NCBI GenBank assembly: GCA_045538295.1
Contig: JAZSRD010000058.1
Coordinates: 1 to 59,446, forward strand
Direction: 5' to 3'
Origin: Eubacteriales bacterium
Lineage (GTDB): Bacteria; Bacillota; Clostridia; Oscillospirales; QAKW01
DNA: 59,446 nucleotides
Shown here: positions 28,024 through 37,092 of the stretch, piece by piece
Position numbering within the stretch: position 1 is the stretch's first letter
Layout of the letters: every line of letters begins with the position of its first letter
The notes under the pieces: model-generated
Told to the model about the DNA's origin: nothing
What the model saw: the letters and a program-made list of their open reading frames with translations, nothing else
Database searches by the model: none
Translations under genes and position numbers: made by a program

Positions 28024-28481
28024 GGTGTGCAGATTTCGTCAAAACGATCCGAAGCTGTATGTGATACTGCGAGAGGTCGTTTTGGCGGAAAGCAGAAAAA
28101 TTTATATAAAAACTTGGCTCTGCCGAGTTTTTTCCTTAAGGCTAAAACAAAAGGAAAGAGCACAAACTCTTTCCCTTGTTTTATCTTTTAATATTGGCAC
28201 AGCCCATCATTAAATCTTATTTTCTGCGGTCTGTGCCTTTTTAATATCTGGAAAGACAACCGAAAAAGAGTGCAGATTTCGTCAAAACGATCCGAAGCTG
28301 TATGTGATACTGCGAGAGGTCGTTTTGGCGGAAAGCAGAAAAATTTAAATGAAAACTTGGCTCTGCCAAGTTTTTTCCTTAAATAAGAAGAACAAAGGGA
28401 AAGAGCAGTGACTCTTTCCCTTTATTAACCTTATACATTGGCACAGACCGGTATATTTTTTATTTTTCTGCGGTCGGTGCC
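28024..28481 (-). repeat. family-1 composite repeat, two tandem units (period ~244)
   Basis: Units at 28268-28481 and 28024-28237. The reverse complement is collinear with the 13648 unit (H1 GGCACCGACCGCAGAAAA..., H2, H3 AAAACTTGGC-AGA-GCCAAGTTTT, H4 apex GCAGTAT-CAC-ATACAGC). An extra H2-like hairpin sits at about 27946-27988. Confidence 0.85.
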
Positions 28482-28499
28482 TTTTTCGCTTGTCTTAAA

Positions 28500-29336
28500 T
28501 TATTTCTTGTAGCTTACTACTACCCGTCTCTTGGGCTCGCTGCCCACGGAGAAGGTGGTAATATTCTCTCTGCCGGTAAGGGTGGCATGGATAATACGGC
28601 GTTCATAGGGGCTCATGGGCTCCATGGTAATATTTCTTTTATACTTCAGCGCCTTTTCCGCATTTTTCTCTGCCAAATTCTGCAGGGTGCGGATCCGCTT
28701 TGCACGGTAATTTTCGGTATCGATGGTCACCCGGAGCTTATCCCCACTGCGGCCCTTATTGATTACCAAGCCGCACAGGTACTGGGCAGCGTCCAGGGTT
28801 TCTCCCCGGCGGCCGATCAGCACGCCCATTTTAGCGCCGCTCACTTCGGCATAGTAATGATCATCTTCGCCGATCTCCACCTTTACGGCACTGTCTTCCT
28901 CGGCACCAATATGCACCAAAAGACCGCTGATGAACTCGATGATCTTTTTGGAAACTTCATCGTCCACCGGCTTTTTCTCCACCGGGGGAATGATTGCCTC
29001 GGGAGCAACAGCAGGAGCTTTCTTTTCTTTTTTCTCCTGCTTTTTCTCCGGCTTATTTTCTGCCTTTTTGCCCTTACCGGAAAGTTTTTCCGGTTCCCAG
29101 GCGGGGATCTTTACGTCCTTTTTGGGGGCAGGCTTTTCTGCCGGGATCTCTTCCTCTGCTACTTCCACCTCTACCTTGATCTTGGCAAGGGTACCGCCAA
29201 TGCCCAAAAAGCCTTTGCTGGGGGTCTCTTCCACGGTATAGCTGAGCAGGTCTTTATCCTCGTTTAGTTCCAAAGCAGCCTTTTCCACTGCCGCTTCAAT
29301 GGTTTTTCCTTCAAAAAATAATTCTTTGATTGCCAT
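28500..29336 (-). CDS. jag: RNA-binding protein Jag/KhpB (Jag_N, KH, R3H)
   Basis: Start at MAIKELFFEGKTIEAAVEKAA (Jag_N). C-terminal R3H ERRIIHATL. Lys/Glu-rich linker. Downstream of yidC. Confidence 0.85.
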   Translation of the reverse strand: MAIKELFFEGKTIEAAVEKAALELNEDKDLLSYTVEETPSKGFLGIGGTLAKIKVEVEVAEEEIPAEKPAPKKDVKIPAWEPEKLSGKGKKAENKPEKKQEKKEKKAPAVAPEAIIPPVEKKPVDDEVSKKIIEFISGLLVHIGAEEDSAVKVEIGEDDHYYAEVSGAKMGVLIGRRGETLDAAQYLCGLVINKGRSGDKLRVTIDTENYRAKRIRTLQNLAEKNAEKALKYKRNITMEPMSPYERRIIHATLTGRENITTFSVGSEPKRRVVVSYKK

Positions 29337-29349
29337 ATTTATTTCCCTC

Positions 29350-30327
29350 TTATTTCTTTTTCTTGGATGCGGCAATGGCGGCTGCCTTTTTGGCGGCGGC
29401 TGCACTGCGCTTTGCCTTCTTTTGCTCTTTTTCCTTCAGCATTTTTTCTTCCACTTCCGCCAAAACCTTCTTAGGGTCGTACATCTTATTTAAAAGATAA
29501 GTTTGACCAATGCTCAGCACATTGGAAATGATCCAGTACAAGCCCAAAGCACAGTTCAGGGAATAGCAGAAGAATACCGAGATCAGCGGCATCATATAAA
29601 GCATCATCTTACCGGAGCCGGCTGCGGCAGGATCCTGCTGCATGGCATTAAATTTTTGAGAGATCCAAGAAGCAATAAAGCCGGTTACACCTGCCAGAAT
29701 GGGGATCAGGATCATCCAGCTCCAGAAATCGGAACTGGGGGTGCCGGAAAGGCTAAAGAGCCCCAGCACGGAATCGCCGGGAATGTGTACCTGCCCTGCC
29801 TGGGAGGCGGTGCTATAGATCTGCAGTTCATAATTGCTGATCTGGGAGATCTTGGAGGGATCGGCAGTAATAGTATCCACCACTTTTTGTACCGCTTCCG
29901 GCAGATTTTCCAGCTTCATTGCCAGCTGGTATACGCTTTCTGCCGCTTTGGAGGTGAACAGTTGATTGAAATGCACATAGGTCAAGGGATGGCGCACAAT
30001 GTTATAGATCAACAGGATCAGGGGAAACTGGATCAGCAAGGGCAGGCAGCTGCTCATGGGGTTGTACCCCTCCCGCTGATAGAGTTTTTGCAGTTCCATG
30101 TTGTATTTTTCGCGGTTATTGCCGTATTTCTTTTGCAGTGCGTCCTGGTAGGGGCGCAGGCGTACCATGTTCAGCGAATTTTTTTGCTGCTTCATGGAAA
30201 TGGGGAAGATGATGATCTTGGTGATCAGGGCATAAAGGATCAGTGCCACTGCGTAGTTATTCAGCAATTCCATCAACTGCTGCATCAACCACGCAAAGGG
30301 GACGATCAAATAACTCCACAAACTCAT
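29350..30327 (-). CDS. yidC: membrane protein insertase YidC/SpoIIIJ
   Basis: PISMKQQKNSLNMVRLRPYQDALQKKY, CLPLLIQFPLI. Basic C-terminal tail. Confidence 0.9.
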   Translation of the reverse strand: MSLWSYLIVPFAWLMQQLMELLNNYAVALILYALITKIIIFPISMKQQKNSLNMVRLRPYQDALQKKYGNNREKYNMELQKLYQREGYNPMSSCLPLLIQFPLILLIYNIVRHPLTYVHFNQLFTSKAAESVYQLAMKLENLPEAVQKVVDTITADPSKISQISNYELQIYSTASQAGQVHIPGDSVLGLFSLSGTPSSDFWSWMILIPILAGVTGFIASWISQKFNAMQQDPAAAGSGKMMLYMMPLISVFFCYSLNCALGLYWIISNVLSIGQTYLLNKMYDPKKVLAEVEEKMLKEKEQKKAKRSAAAAKKAAAIAASKKKK

Positions 30328-30590
30328 TTCTTTGTTTTTCTCCTTTTAAACAACTGGTTCCGTTCCGGAACGGGGTCATACCCTCCCATGGACCAGGGAT
30401 TACAGCGCAGTACACGCCATAATGCCAGCCCTCCGCCGATCAATATGCCAAAGCGCAAAATCGCCGTGCAGGCGTAAGCGGAACAGGTGGGGTAATACTT
30501 ACATCGGGCAGGGATATGAGGTGAGATCCATTTTTGGTAAAGACGAATGGGTAAAATAAAGAGTTTTCTGAAACCTTTCAGGATGCTCAA
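30324..30590 (-). CDS. yidD: membrane protein insertion efficiency factor YidD
   Basis: YQKWISPHIPARCKYYPTCSAYA signature. Confidence 0.9.
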   Translation of the reverse strand: MSILKGFRKLFILPIRLYQKWISPHIPARCKYYPTCSAYACTAILRFGILIGGGLALWRVLRCNPWSMGGYDPVPERNQLFKRRKTKK

Positions 30591-30904
30591 GCCGAAAAGG
30601 TCTCCCGCATAATTTCCTCGATCCGGGTGCTCTTGCAGGTAAGGCAGCGGCTGCGTGCCACAATGATCAGATCATGCCCCGGAGGCAGTATAGCGGCATT
30701 TTTGCGCACACCCTCCCGAATGATCCGCCGAACCCGGTTGCGCTGGGGGGAATTCCCCAGTTTTTTGCTCACGGTAATTCCCAGCCGTACCTTTTTCAGG
30801 CGGTTTTTCCGCCAGTAGATCACGATCTCCTTGGTTACTGCAGATTTTCCCTGGTGATAGGCTCTTCTGAAATTTACGTTTTCTTTTACGCTTTCTATCC
30901 TCAT
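30587..30904 (-). CDS. rnpA: ribonuclease P protein component
   Basis: RLGITVSKKLGNSPQRNRVRRIIRE (RNR motif). Position downstream of rpmH. Confidence 0.9.
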   Translation of the reverse strand: MRIESVKENVNFRRAYHQGKSAVTKEIVIYWRKNRLKKVRLGITVSKKLGNSPQRNRVRRIIREGVRKNAAILPPGHDLIIVARSRCLTCKSTRIEEIMRETFSA

Positions 30905-30938
30905 ATCAACATATTAATCCCAATCGATCACTCAATAA

Positions 30939-30972
30939 AAAAGGTCGCAAGTAGTAGATTGCGACCTTTATT
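30939..30972 (-). terminator. hairpin between rpmH and rnpA (terminator/attenuator)
   Basis: On the minus strand: AAAGGTCGCAA-TCTACTACT-TGCGACCTTT followed by TTTAT, starting 3 nt after the rpmH stop. Confidence 0.55.
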
Positions 30973-30974
30973 TT

Positions 30975-31109
30975 TTAGTGAGATAATCTAATTCTGCCTT
31001 TTGCTCTTCTTCTGGCCAAAACCTTACGACCGTTGGCGGTCTGCATTCTCTTTCTGAAGCCATGCACTTTGCTTCTTTGTCTTTTCTTAGGTTGATAAGT
31101 CCGAACCAT
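30975..31109 (-). CDS. rpmH: 50S ribosomal protein L34 (44 aa, below the ORF-track cutoff)
   Basis: Manual translation gives [54 protein letters not shown] 7 nt upstream. Confidence 0.95.
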   Translation of the reverse strand: MVRTYQPKKRQRSKVHGFRKRMQTANGRKVLARRRAKGRIRLSH

Positions 31110-31164
31110 TTTTCTATCCTCCTTTTATCCGATAAGGATTCCTCTTTATTTTTGAGCGTCTAAT

Positions 31165-31194
31165 ATTATATAATAGGTCAACATAATTTGTCAA
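31165..31194 (-). promoter_or_regulatory. sigma-A type promoter of rpmH (TTGACA-18-TATAAT)
   Basis: The minus strand reads TTGACAAATTATGTTGACCTATTATATAAT. Confidence 0.5.
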
Positions 31195-31203
31195 CAAAAA
31201 AGT

Positions 31204-32586
31204 TTAAAAATTCAGGCTTTCCCGAATAAATTCGGTCAATTCTTCAATTTTTACCCGTTTTTGCTCCATGGTATCTCTAAAACGAATGGTCACGCAGCCG
31301 TCTTCTTCGCTTTCAAAATCGTAGCAGATGGAGAAGGGGGTGCCGATCTCGTCCTGCCGGCGGTAACGCTTGCCGATAGAACCGGCATCGTCGAATTCCA
31401 CGTTAAATTCTTTGCACAGCACGTTGTATACCTTTTCCTGGGCGGCGGCGGAAAGCTTTTTGGAAAGGGGCAAAACAGCCGCCTTAACCGGTGCCAGGGC
31501 AGGGTGCAGGCGCAGTACCACACGGGTATCGTTCTTTTCTGCATCCAGCACTTCTTCGTCGTAGGCTTCGCACAGGAAGGCCAAAGCCACACGGTCGGCA
31601 CCCAGGGAGGGCTCTACCACGTAGGGGATATAGTGCTCGTTGGTTTCGGGATCAAAATATTCCAGGCTCTTGCCGCTGGCTTCCTGGTGGCGGCCTAAAT
31701 CGTAGTTGGTACGATGGGCAATGCCCCACAGCTCACGGCAGCCAAAGGGGAAGAGGAACTCAATATCGGTGGTTGCCTTGGAATAGAAGGAAAGTTCTTC
31801 CTTTTCATGATCCCGCAGGCGCATGTTCTCCTCGTTCATCCCCAGGGAGAGCAGCCAGTTTTTGCAGTAATCTTTCCAGTAATAGAACCAATCCAGGTCG
31901 GTATCCGGCTTGCAGAAGAATTCACATTCCATCTGTTCAAATTCCCGGGTACGGAACACAAAGTTGCCCGGAGTAATCTCATTGCGGAAGGATTTACCGA
32001 TCTGGCACACACCAAAGGGCAGTTTTTTACGGGTGGTGCGCTGAATGTTGGCGTAGTTTACAAAAATACCCTGGGCAGTTTCCGGGCGCAGATAAACTTC
32101 GTTTTTTGCATCCTCGGTAACGCCGATAAAGGTTTTAAACATCAGGTTGAATTTGCGAATGTCGGTAAAATTCTTACTGCCGCATTCGGGGCATTCAATA
32201 TTGTTTTCTTTAATATAATCCTGCATCTGCTCAAAGGTCATGCCCTCGGCCTTACCGCCCACATCTTCAATGAGCTTGTCTGCCCGGTGGCGGGCATGGC
32301 AATCCTTGCAATCCATTAAAGGATCGGAAAAACCGCCCACGTGGCCGCTGGTTACCCAAGTTTCCGGGTTCATAATGATTGCAGAATCCAAGCCTACGTT
32401 ATAGGGAGATTCCTGCACGAATTTTTTCCACCATGCTTTTTTTACGTTATTTTTGAATTCCACGCCCAAAGGACCGTAATCCCAGGAGTTGGCAAGGCCG
32501 CCGTAGATCTCGCTTCCGGCATACACAAACCCTCTGTTTTTACAAAGGGTTACGATCTGTTCCATTGTTTTTTCTGTATTTTTCAT
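31204..32586 (-). CDS. glyQS: glycine--tRNA ligase (alpha2 GlyQS type)
   Basis: [49 protein letters not shown], anticodon-binding C-terminus. Confidence 0.95.
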   Translation of the reverse strand: MKNTEKTMEQIVTLCKNRGFVYAGSEIYGGLANSWDYGPLGVEFKNNVKKAWWKKFVQESPYNVGLDSAIIMNPETWVTSGHVGGFSDPLMDCKDCHARHRADKLIEDVGGKAEGMTFEQMQDYIKENNIECPECGSKNFTDIRKFNLMFKTFIGVTEDAKNEVYLRPETAQGIFVNYANIQRTTRKKLPFGVCQIGKSFRNEITPGNFVFRTREFEQMECEFFCKPDTDLDWFYYWKDYCKNWLLSLGMNEENMRLRDHEKEELSFYSKATTDIEFLFPFGCRELWGIAHRTNYDLGRHQEASGKSLEYFDPETNEHYIPYVVEPSLGADRVALAFLCEAYDEEVLDAEKNDTRVVLRLHPALAPVKAAVLPLSKKLSAAAQEKVYNVLCKEFNVEFDDAGSIGKRYRRQDEIGTPFSICYDFESEEDGCVTIRFRDTMEQKRVKIEELTEFIRESLNF

Positions 32587-32617
32587 GGTATTCCCTCCAT
32601 TTATTATCTAAATTCAA

Positions 32618-32646
32618 ATTATATAATGGAAATACCGCCTTGTCAA
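32618..32646 (-). promoter_or_regulatory. sigma-A type promoter of glyQS (TTGACA-17-TATAAT) with ~30-nt leader
   Basis: The minus strand reads TTGACAAGGCGGTATTTCCATTATATAAT, then TTGAATTTAGATAATAAATGGAGGGAATACC ATG. Confidence 0.55.
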
Positions 32647-32786
32647 CTGTTTAAAAATAAAATTAGAATACTATATTATAAGTATTATATTAAATAAATA
32701 TATTGCATTTATAAAGGTTTTATGTTAGAATATTAAATGTATTACTATAATCAACAATTTATTAACAATTGAAAGGGGAGATTTTT
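32647..32786. other. strongly AT-rich spacer upstream of dnaA (possible left part of a bipartite oriC / dnaA promoter region)
   Basis: About 140 nt, almost devoid of G/C, between divergent glyQS and dnaA. I could not find clear 9-mer DnaA boxes here. Confidence 0.35.
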
Positions 32787-34151
32787 TTGCAATCATTTAA
32801 GGATGTTTGGGAAAAAGCACTGGTTATTTTAAAGAACGATCTGAACAGCATTTCTTATGAAAGCTGGATCAAATTGCTCATTCCCATGAAAATGGAAAAT
32901 GATGTTGCTTATTTTTGTGTCTCTACCCTTTTCCAAAAAAGTATTATCGATAAGAAATACAAAAAGGATATGGAGACCGCTATTACCAATGTAATTGGTT
33001 TTGATGTTACCGTGCAGGTTATGACAGAAGAAGAGGTACCCCCTCGCTTTCGGGAAATTGCCCACCGGAAAACAGACGAAGTGAATACGGTGCTTCCCAA
33101 GATAGAGGACGACGAAATTCGTGCCTTTAATGCCAAAAGCAATCTGACCTTTGAAAACTTTGTAATCGGCAAAGAAAATGAGTTTGCCCACGCAGCGGCG
33201 CTGGCTATTGCCAATAACCCTGCCAACGCTTATAACCCCTTCTTCCTTTACGGGCACAGCGGCTTGGGTAAGACCCACTTGATCAACGCCATTGCTAATA
33301 AAATTCAAGAAAACAGCCCCAACACGGTGATCATGTATGTAAAGGGCGATGAATTCACCAGCGAGCTGATCGATGCCATCCAGTTTAACCGGCAGCGTCA
33401 ATTCAAGCAAAAATACCGCAAGGCGGATATTTTGCTGGTAGACGACGTGCAGTTCATCAGCGGTAAAAAAGCCATTCAGGAAGAGTTTTTCCACACCTTT
33501 GATGCCCTTTACGAAAACAACAAACAGATCATCCTTACCAGCGATCGTCCGCCCAAGGAACTGATCACGCTGGAAGAGCGGTTGCAATCCCGCTTTTCCA
33601 TGGGATTGATCGCCGATGTGCAGCCCCCCGAGTATGAAACCCGTGTGGCGATCATTAAGCGAAAAGCCACCCTTTATAACCTGAACGTACCCGACGAGGT
33701 GGTGGAGCTGATCGCCTCTAAAATTAAAAACAATGTGCGGGAACTGGAGGGTACCATTAAAAAACTGAAAGCCTTTAATTCCCTTTGGGGTCAAACCCCC
33801 ACCATTGCCCTGGCAAAGGACGCCATGGAAGCGGTTATTAAAGAAAATACCAATTCCGCCATTACCCCTGCATCCATTATCGATCAGGTTTCCCGCTACT
33901 TTAATTTTTCGATAGAAGACATCAAGAGTGAAAAGCGAAAAACAGAGATCGTATTCTGCCGGCAGATGGCCATGTATATCATTCGGGAGCTTACCAATCT
34001 TTCCCTTCCGGAGATCGGCAAAGAGATGGGCGGTAAAAATCACACAACGGTTTTGTATTCCATTCGTAAATTGGAGGATTCCATGAAGCAGGATCCCAAA
34101 ACCGCCAAGATCGCCGCCGAGTTGATCGAAAATATTAAAAAATCTTATTAA
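32787..34151 (+). CDS. dnaA: chromosomal replication initiator protein DnaA
   Basis: Walker A GHSGLGKTHL, LLVDDVQF, box VII/VIII, C-terminal HTH GGKNHTTVLYSIRK. TTG start at 32787, 6 nt behind AAAGGGGAG. Confidence 0.95.
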   Translation: MQSFKDVWEKALVILKNDLNSISYESWIKLLIPMKMENDVAYFCVSTLFQKSIIDKKYKKDMETAITNVIGFDVTVQVMTEEEVPPRFREIAHRKTDEVNTVLPKIEDDEIRAFNAKSNLTFENFVIGKENEFAHAAALAIANNPANAYNPFFLYGHSGLGKTHLINAIANKIQENSPNTVIMYVKGDEFTSELIDAIQFNRQRQFKQKYRKADILLVDDVQFISGKKAIQEEFFHTFDALYENNKQIILTSDRPPKELITLEERLQSRFSMGLIADVQPPEYETRVAIIKRKATLYNLNVPDEVVELIASKIKNNVRELEGTIKKLKAFNSLWGQTPTIALAKDAMEAVIKENTNSAITPASIIDQVSRYFNFSIEDIKSEKRKTEIVFCRQMAMYIIRELTNLSLPEIGKEMGGKNHTTVLYSIRKLEDSMKQDPKTAKIAAELIENIKKSY

Positions 34152-34163
34152 CAGAATTTTAAG

Positions 34164-34370
34164 TTTTCCACAGGCAGTAATTCACATTTTCCACAGTGTT
34201 GTAAACAGTTTACATAATTCTGTTGATACGCTGTGTAAAAAAAATTCGTAATTCACAACCCTAAAAACAGCAAAAAAATCAGGTGTTGTGCGGAGTTTTT
34301 GCCAATGGCACACTTTTGCACACAACAACAACTACTTCAACAATAATACAAGATAAGAAAGGAATGACCT
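34164..34370. other. oriC: oriC core: DnaA-box cluster plus AT-rich 3-nt-periodic tract in the dnaA-dnaN spacer
   Basis: TTTTCCACA at 34164-34172 and 34187-34195 (1 mismatch to TTATCCACA). TAATTCACA at 34178-34186 and 34249-34257, TGTGTAAAA at 34232-34240, TTTTGCACA at 34314-34322 (2 mismatches each). Then ACAACAACAACTACTTCAACAATAATACAAG. Confidence 0.65.
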
Positions 34371-35492
34371 ATGAAGTTTTCCTGCGATAGAAATGTGCTC
34401 AACGAAGCAATCAATATTGTTCAAAAGGCGGCAAGTGTAAAATCCACCATCCCTGCTTTAGAGGGAATTTTGATCGAAATTACCGAACCGGGCATCGTTC
34501 ATTTCAGTGCCTACGATCTTAGTATTGCCATTTCTTATAAGATCGAAGCAGAGGATACCGAAAACGGTACCGTAATTTTATCCTCCAAGCTTTTCGGCGA
34601 AATTATCAGAAAGCTGCCCTCCTGCCAGTTAACGGTGGAGATCGACGATAAAACCCTCCTTACCAGTATCAGCGGATTAAATTCCAACTTCACCATTACC
34701 GGTATGTCCCCGGAAAATTTCCCGGAACTGCCGGACGTGCTCAGTGATAATGGAATTACCCTTACCTATTCCAATTTTAAAACCTTGGTGCGGCAGACCA
34801 TTTTTGCCGTATCCATTACCGATTTAAAGCCTATTTTAACCGGTGTGCTTTTTGAAGTGACCGAAAAGGGCTATGTGAATGCGGTGGCAGTGGATAACTT
34901 CCGCTTGGCTATCCGCAAGGTACCCTATGTGCAGGCGTTTGAGTTTAATAAGGTGGTCATTCCTGCCCGCGCTTTAAATGAAATGGTCAAGATTTTGCCG
35001 GACAGCGATGAGGAAACTATCAATATTACCCCCAGCAAAAACTTTGTGGCTTTCCGTTTTGGGGATGTAAAATTGGTTTCCCGCCTGCTGGAAGGGGAGT
35101 TTTTGGATTACAAAGCAGCCATTCCCAAAGATTATAAATTCCGGGTAACGGTGGATGTGCGGGAATTTACCCAGGTGATCGAGCGTGCCGCTCTTATGGC
35201 AAATTCCACCATCATCAGCCCCATCCGCTGCGATTTTAATTACGATCAGATCGAAATTACCACCGCTTCCAATATCGGTAAATTTCAAGATGTGATCCTA
35301 TGTGAAACCTTCTTTGAAAAAATGGTGATCGGCTTCAACTATAAATATATGTTGGCCGCCCTTAACGCCTGCGACGATGAAGAAGTAGTGATCGAATTGC
35401 AAAGCAACCTGGCTCCTATTATCATAAAGCCCCAGGACGAAAATAAGGACGATTACCTCTTCCTGGTACTTCCCTTACGTATGAAGGAATAA
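34371..35492 (+). CDS. dnaN: DNA polymerase III beta sliding clamp
   Basis: 373 aa with three-domain clamp pattern; MKFSCDRNVLNEAINIVQKA start. Position after dnaA. Confidence 0.95.
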   Translation: MKFSCDRNVLNEAINIVQKAASVKSTIPALEGILIEITEPGIVHFSAYDLSIAISYKIEAEDTENGTVILSSKLFGEIIRKLPSCQLTVEIDDKTLLTSISGLNSNFTITGMSPENFPELPDVLSDNGITLTYSNFKTLVRQTIFAVSITDLKPILTGVLFEVTEKGYVNAVAVDNFRLAIRKVPYVQAFEFNKVVIPARALNEMVKILPDSDEETINITPSKNFVAFRFGDVKLVSRLLEGEFLDYKAAIPKDYKFRVTVDVREFTQVIERAALMANSTIISPIRCDFNYDQIEITTASNIGKFQDVILCETFFEKMVIGFNYKYMLAALNACDDEEVVIELQSNLAPIIIKPQDENKDDYLFLVLPLRMKE

Positions 35493-35495
35493 ACC

Positions 35496-35705
35496 ATGAA
35501 TAAACTGTTGATCCAAGACGAATATATCCGCCTGTGCGACGCTTTAAAGTTATCCGGCGAAGCCGATACCGGCGGCATGGCAAAAATGATGATCCTTTCG
35601 GGGGATGTGGCGGTAAACGGCGAGATCTGCCTGCAAAAGGGTAAAAAACTTTACCCCGGCGATCGCTTTTTATTCGACGGGAAAGAATTTTTGATCGTAC
35701 AATGA
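35496..35705 (+). CDS. yaaA: S4-domain RNA-binding protein YaaA
   Basis: 69 aa, IRLCDALKLSGEADTGGMAKMMILSGDVAVNGE. Conserved dnaN-yaaA-recF position. Confidence 0.8.
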   Translation: MNKLLIQDEYIRLCDALKLSGEADTGGMAKMMILSGDVAVNGEICLQKGKKLYPGDRFLFDGKEFLIVQ

Positions 35706-36835
35706 AGATCCGTTCCATCAAACTGGAAAATTTCAGAAACTTTGCCCATGAGACCTTTGAATTTGATGAGGGGATCAATATCCTGGCAGGGCACAATGCC
35801 CAAGGAAAGACCAACTGCATTGAAGCCATTTACTTTTGCTCCTGCTTAAAAAGCTACCGAGTGCTCCGGGAGGAGCAGTTGATCCGCTTTGGCGCAGAGC
35901 AGGCATCCATCACCCTTACCTACACCGTAAACGGCGGGGAGGAGGAGCTGAAGATCCTTTTTCAAAGGGGCAAGCCCAAGGAATACCGCCACAACGGGTT
36001 GGCGGTGGCACGGCTGCGGGATCTGCTGGGTTGCTTTCAGTCGGTGATCTTTACCCCCGATCATTTGAATTTGATTAAAGAGGGTCCTCAAAAGCGGCGA
36101 AACTTTTTAGATATGGCGCTGTGCTCTTTGGACGTTAAATATACCGATTACCTGCTCAATTACCAAAAGATCATGAAAAACCGCAACGCCCTTTTACGCC
36201 AATGCCAAAATAATTACGCCATGGCGGAAATGCTGGACGTGTGGGACGAAAAACTGGCAGCAGCCGGCGCCTATATTGCGGCGGCACGGCAAAAATATGT
36301 GGCAGAGCTTTCGGTGTATGCCAAGGAATATTACAGTGAGATCGCCAAAAACAGCGAAAAACTGAAGTTGATCTACTTAAACCAATTTACCAAAGACGCT
36401 GTGGAAGAAGAGGAATATGCCCGGCTCTTTTATGAGCGGCTGCGGCGGATGCGGGAGCAAGATATTGCCATGGGGCAAACCATGAGCGGTATTCATAAAG
36501 ACGATATTTTAATATTACTGGCGGGCAAGAGCATGAAGTTTTTTGCAAGCCAGGGGCAGATCCGCTCGGCGGTGCTTGCCATGAAACTGGCGGAGGCAGA
36601 ATGTATTACCCACCGCCGGGGCACAGAGCCGGTGCTGCTGCTGGACGATATTTTATCGGAGCTGGACGCAAACCGTCAAAGGTTCATCTTTAAGCGGATG
36701 GAGGGCAGGCAAACGGTGCTTACCACCTGCGAGCTGGGCAAGATCCGCAAAAAAGGCGATAAAGTGTTCTTTATTAAAGAAGGAAAGGCGGCGAGGGTGC
36801 GTGTATCTCCATCTGGGTCAGGATGTACTCATTAA
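35702..36835 (+). CDS. recF: DNA replication and repair protein RecF
   Basis: Walker A GHNAQGKTN, SQGQIRSAVLAMKLAE signature, Walker B LLLDDILSELD. Confidence 0.9.
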   Translation: MKIRSIKLENFRNFAHETFEFDEGINILAGHNAQGKTNCIEAIYFCSCLKSYRVLREEQLIRFGAEQASITLTYTVNGGEEELKILFQRGKPKEYRHNGLAVARLRDLLGCFQSVIFTPDHLNLIKEGPQKRRNFLDMALCSLDVKYTDYLLNYQKIMKNRNALLRQCQNNYAMAEMLDVWDEKLAAAGAYIAAARQKYVAELSVYAKEYYSEIAKNSEKLKLIYLNQFTKDAVEEEEYARLFYERLRRMREQDIAMGQTMSGIHKDDILILLAGKSMKFFASQGQIRSAVLAMKLAEAECITHRRGTEPVLLLDDILSELDANRQRFIFKRMEGRQTVLTTCELGKIRKKGDKVFFIKEGKAARVRVSPSGSGCTH

Positions 36836-37070
36836 AAAAGACCATATCATCGGCATCTTCGATATGGATAAAGCCACCGTTTCCAAGCGAACCAGGCTTT
36901 TTTTGGAAGGCAAGCAACGGGAAGGAAAACTGGTAAACGTTGCCACCGATATTCCCAAGTCCTTTATTGTGTGTAACTGGGGGATGGACGTGGTTGTATA
37001 TATTTCGCAGATCTCGGCACCAACCCTGCTGAAGCGCTGCAATTTTGTAAAGAAAGTATCCTACATTTAA
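36801..37070 (+). CDS. remB: DUF370 protein (YaaB/RemB-like)
   Basis: MYLHLGQDVLIKKDHIIGIFDMDKATVSKRTR is typical of DUF370. Conserved position between recF and gyrB; 35-nt overlap with recF. Confidence 0.75.
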   Translation: MYLHLGQDVLIKKDHIIGIFDMDKATVSKRTRLFLEGKQREGKLVNVATDIPKSFIVCNWGMDVVVYISQISAPTLLKRCNFVKKVSYI

Positions 37071-37092
37071 TTTATAGAAACGGAGTGTAAAA

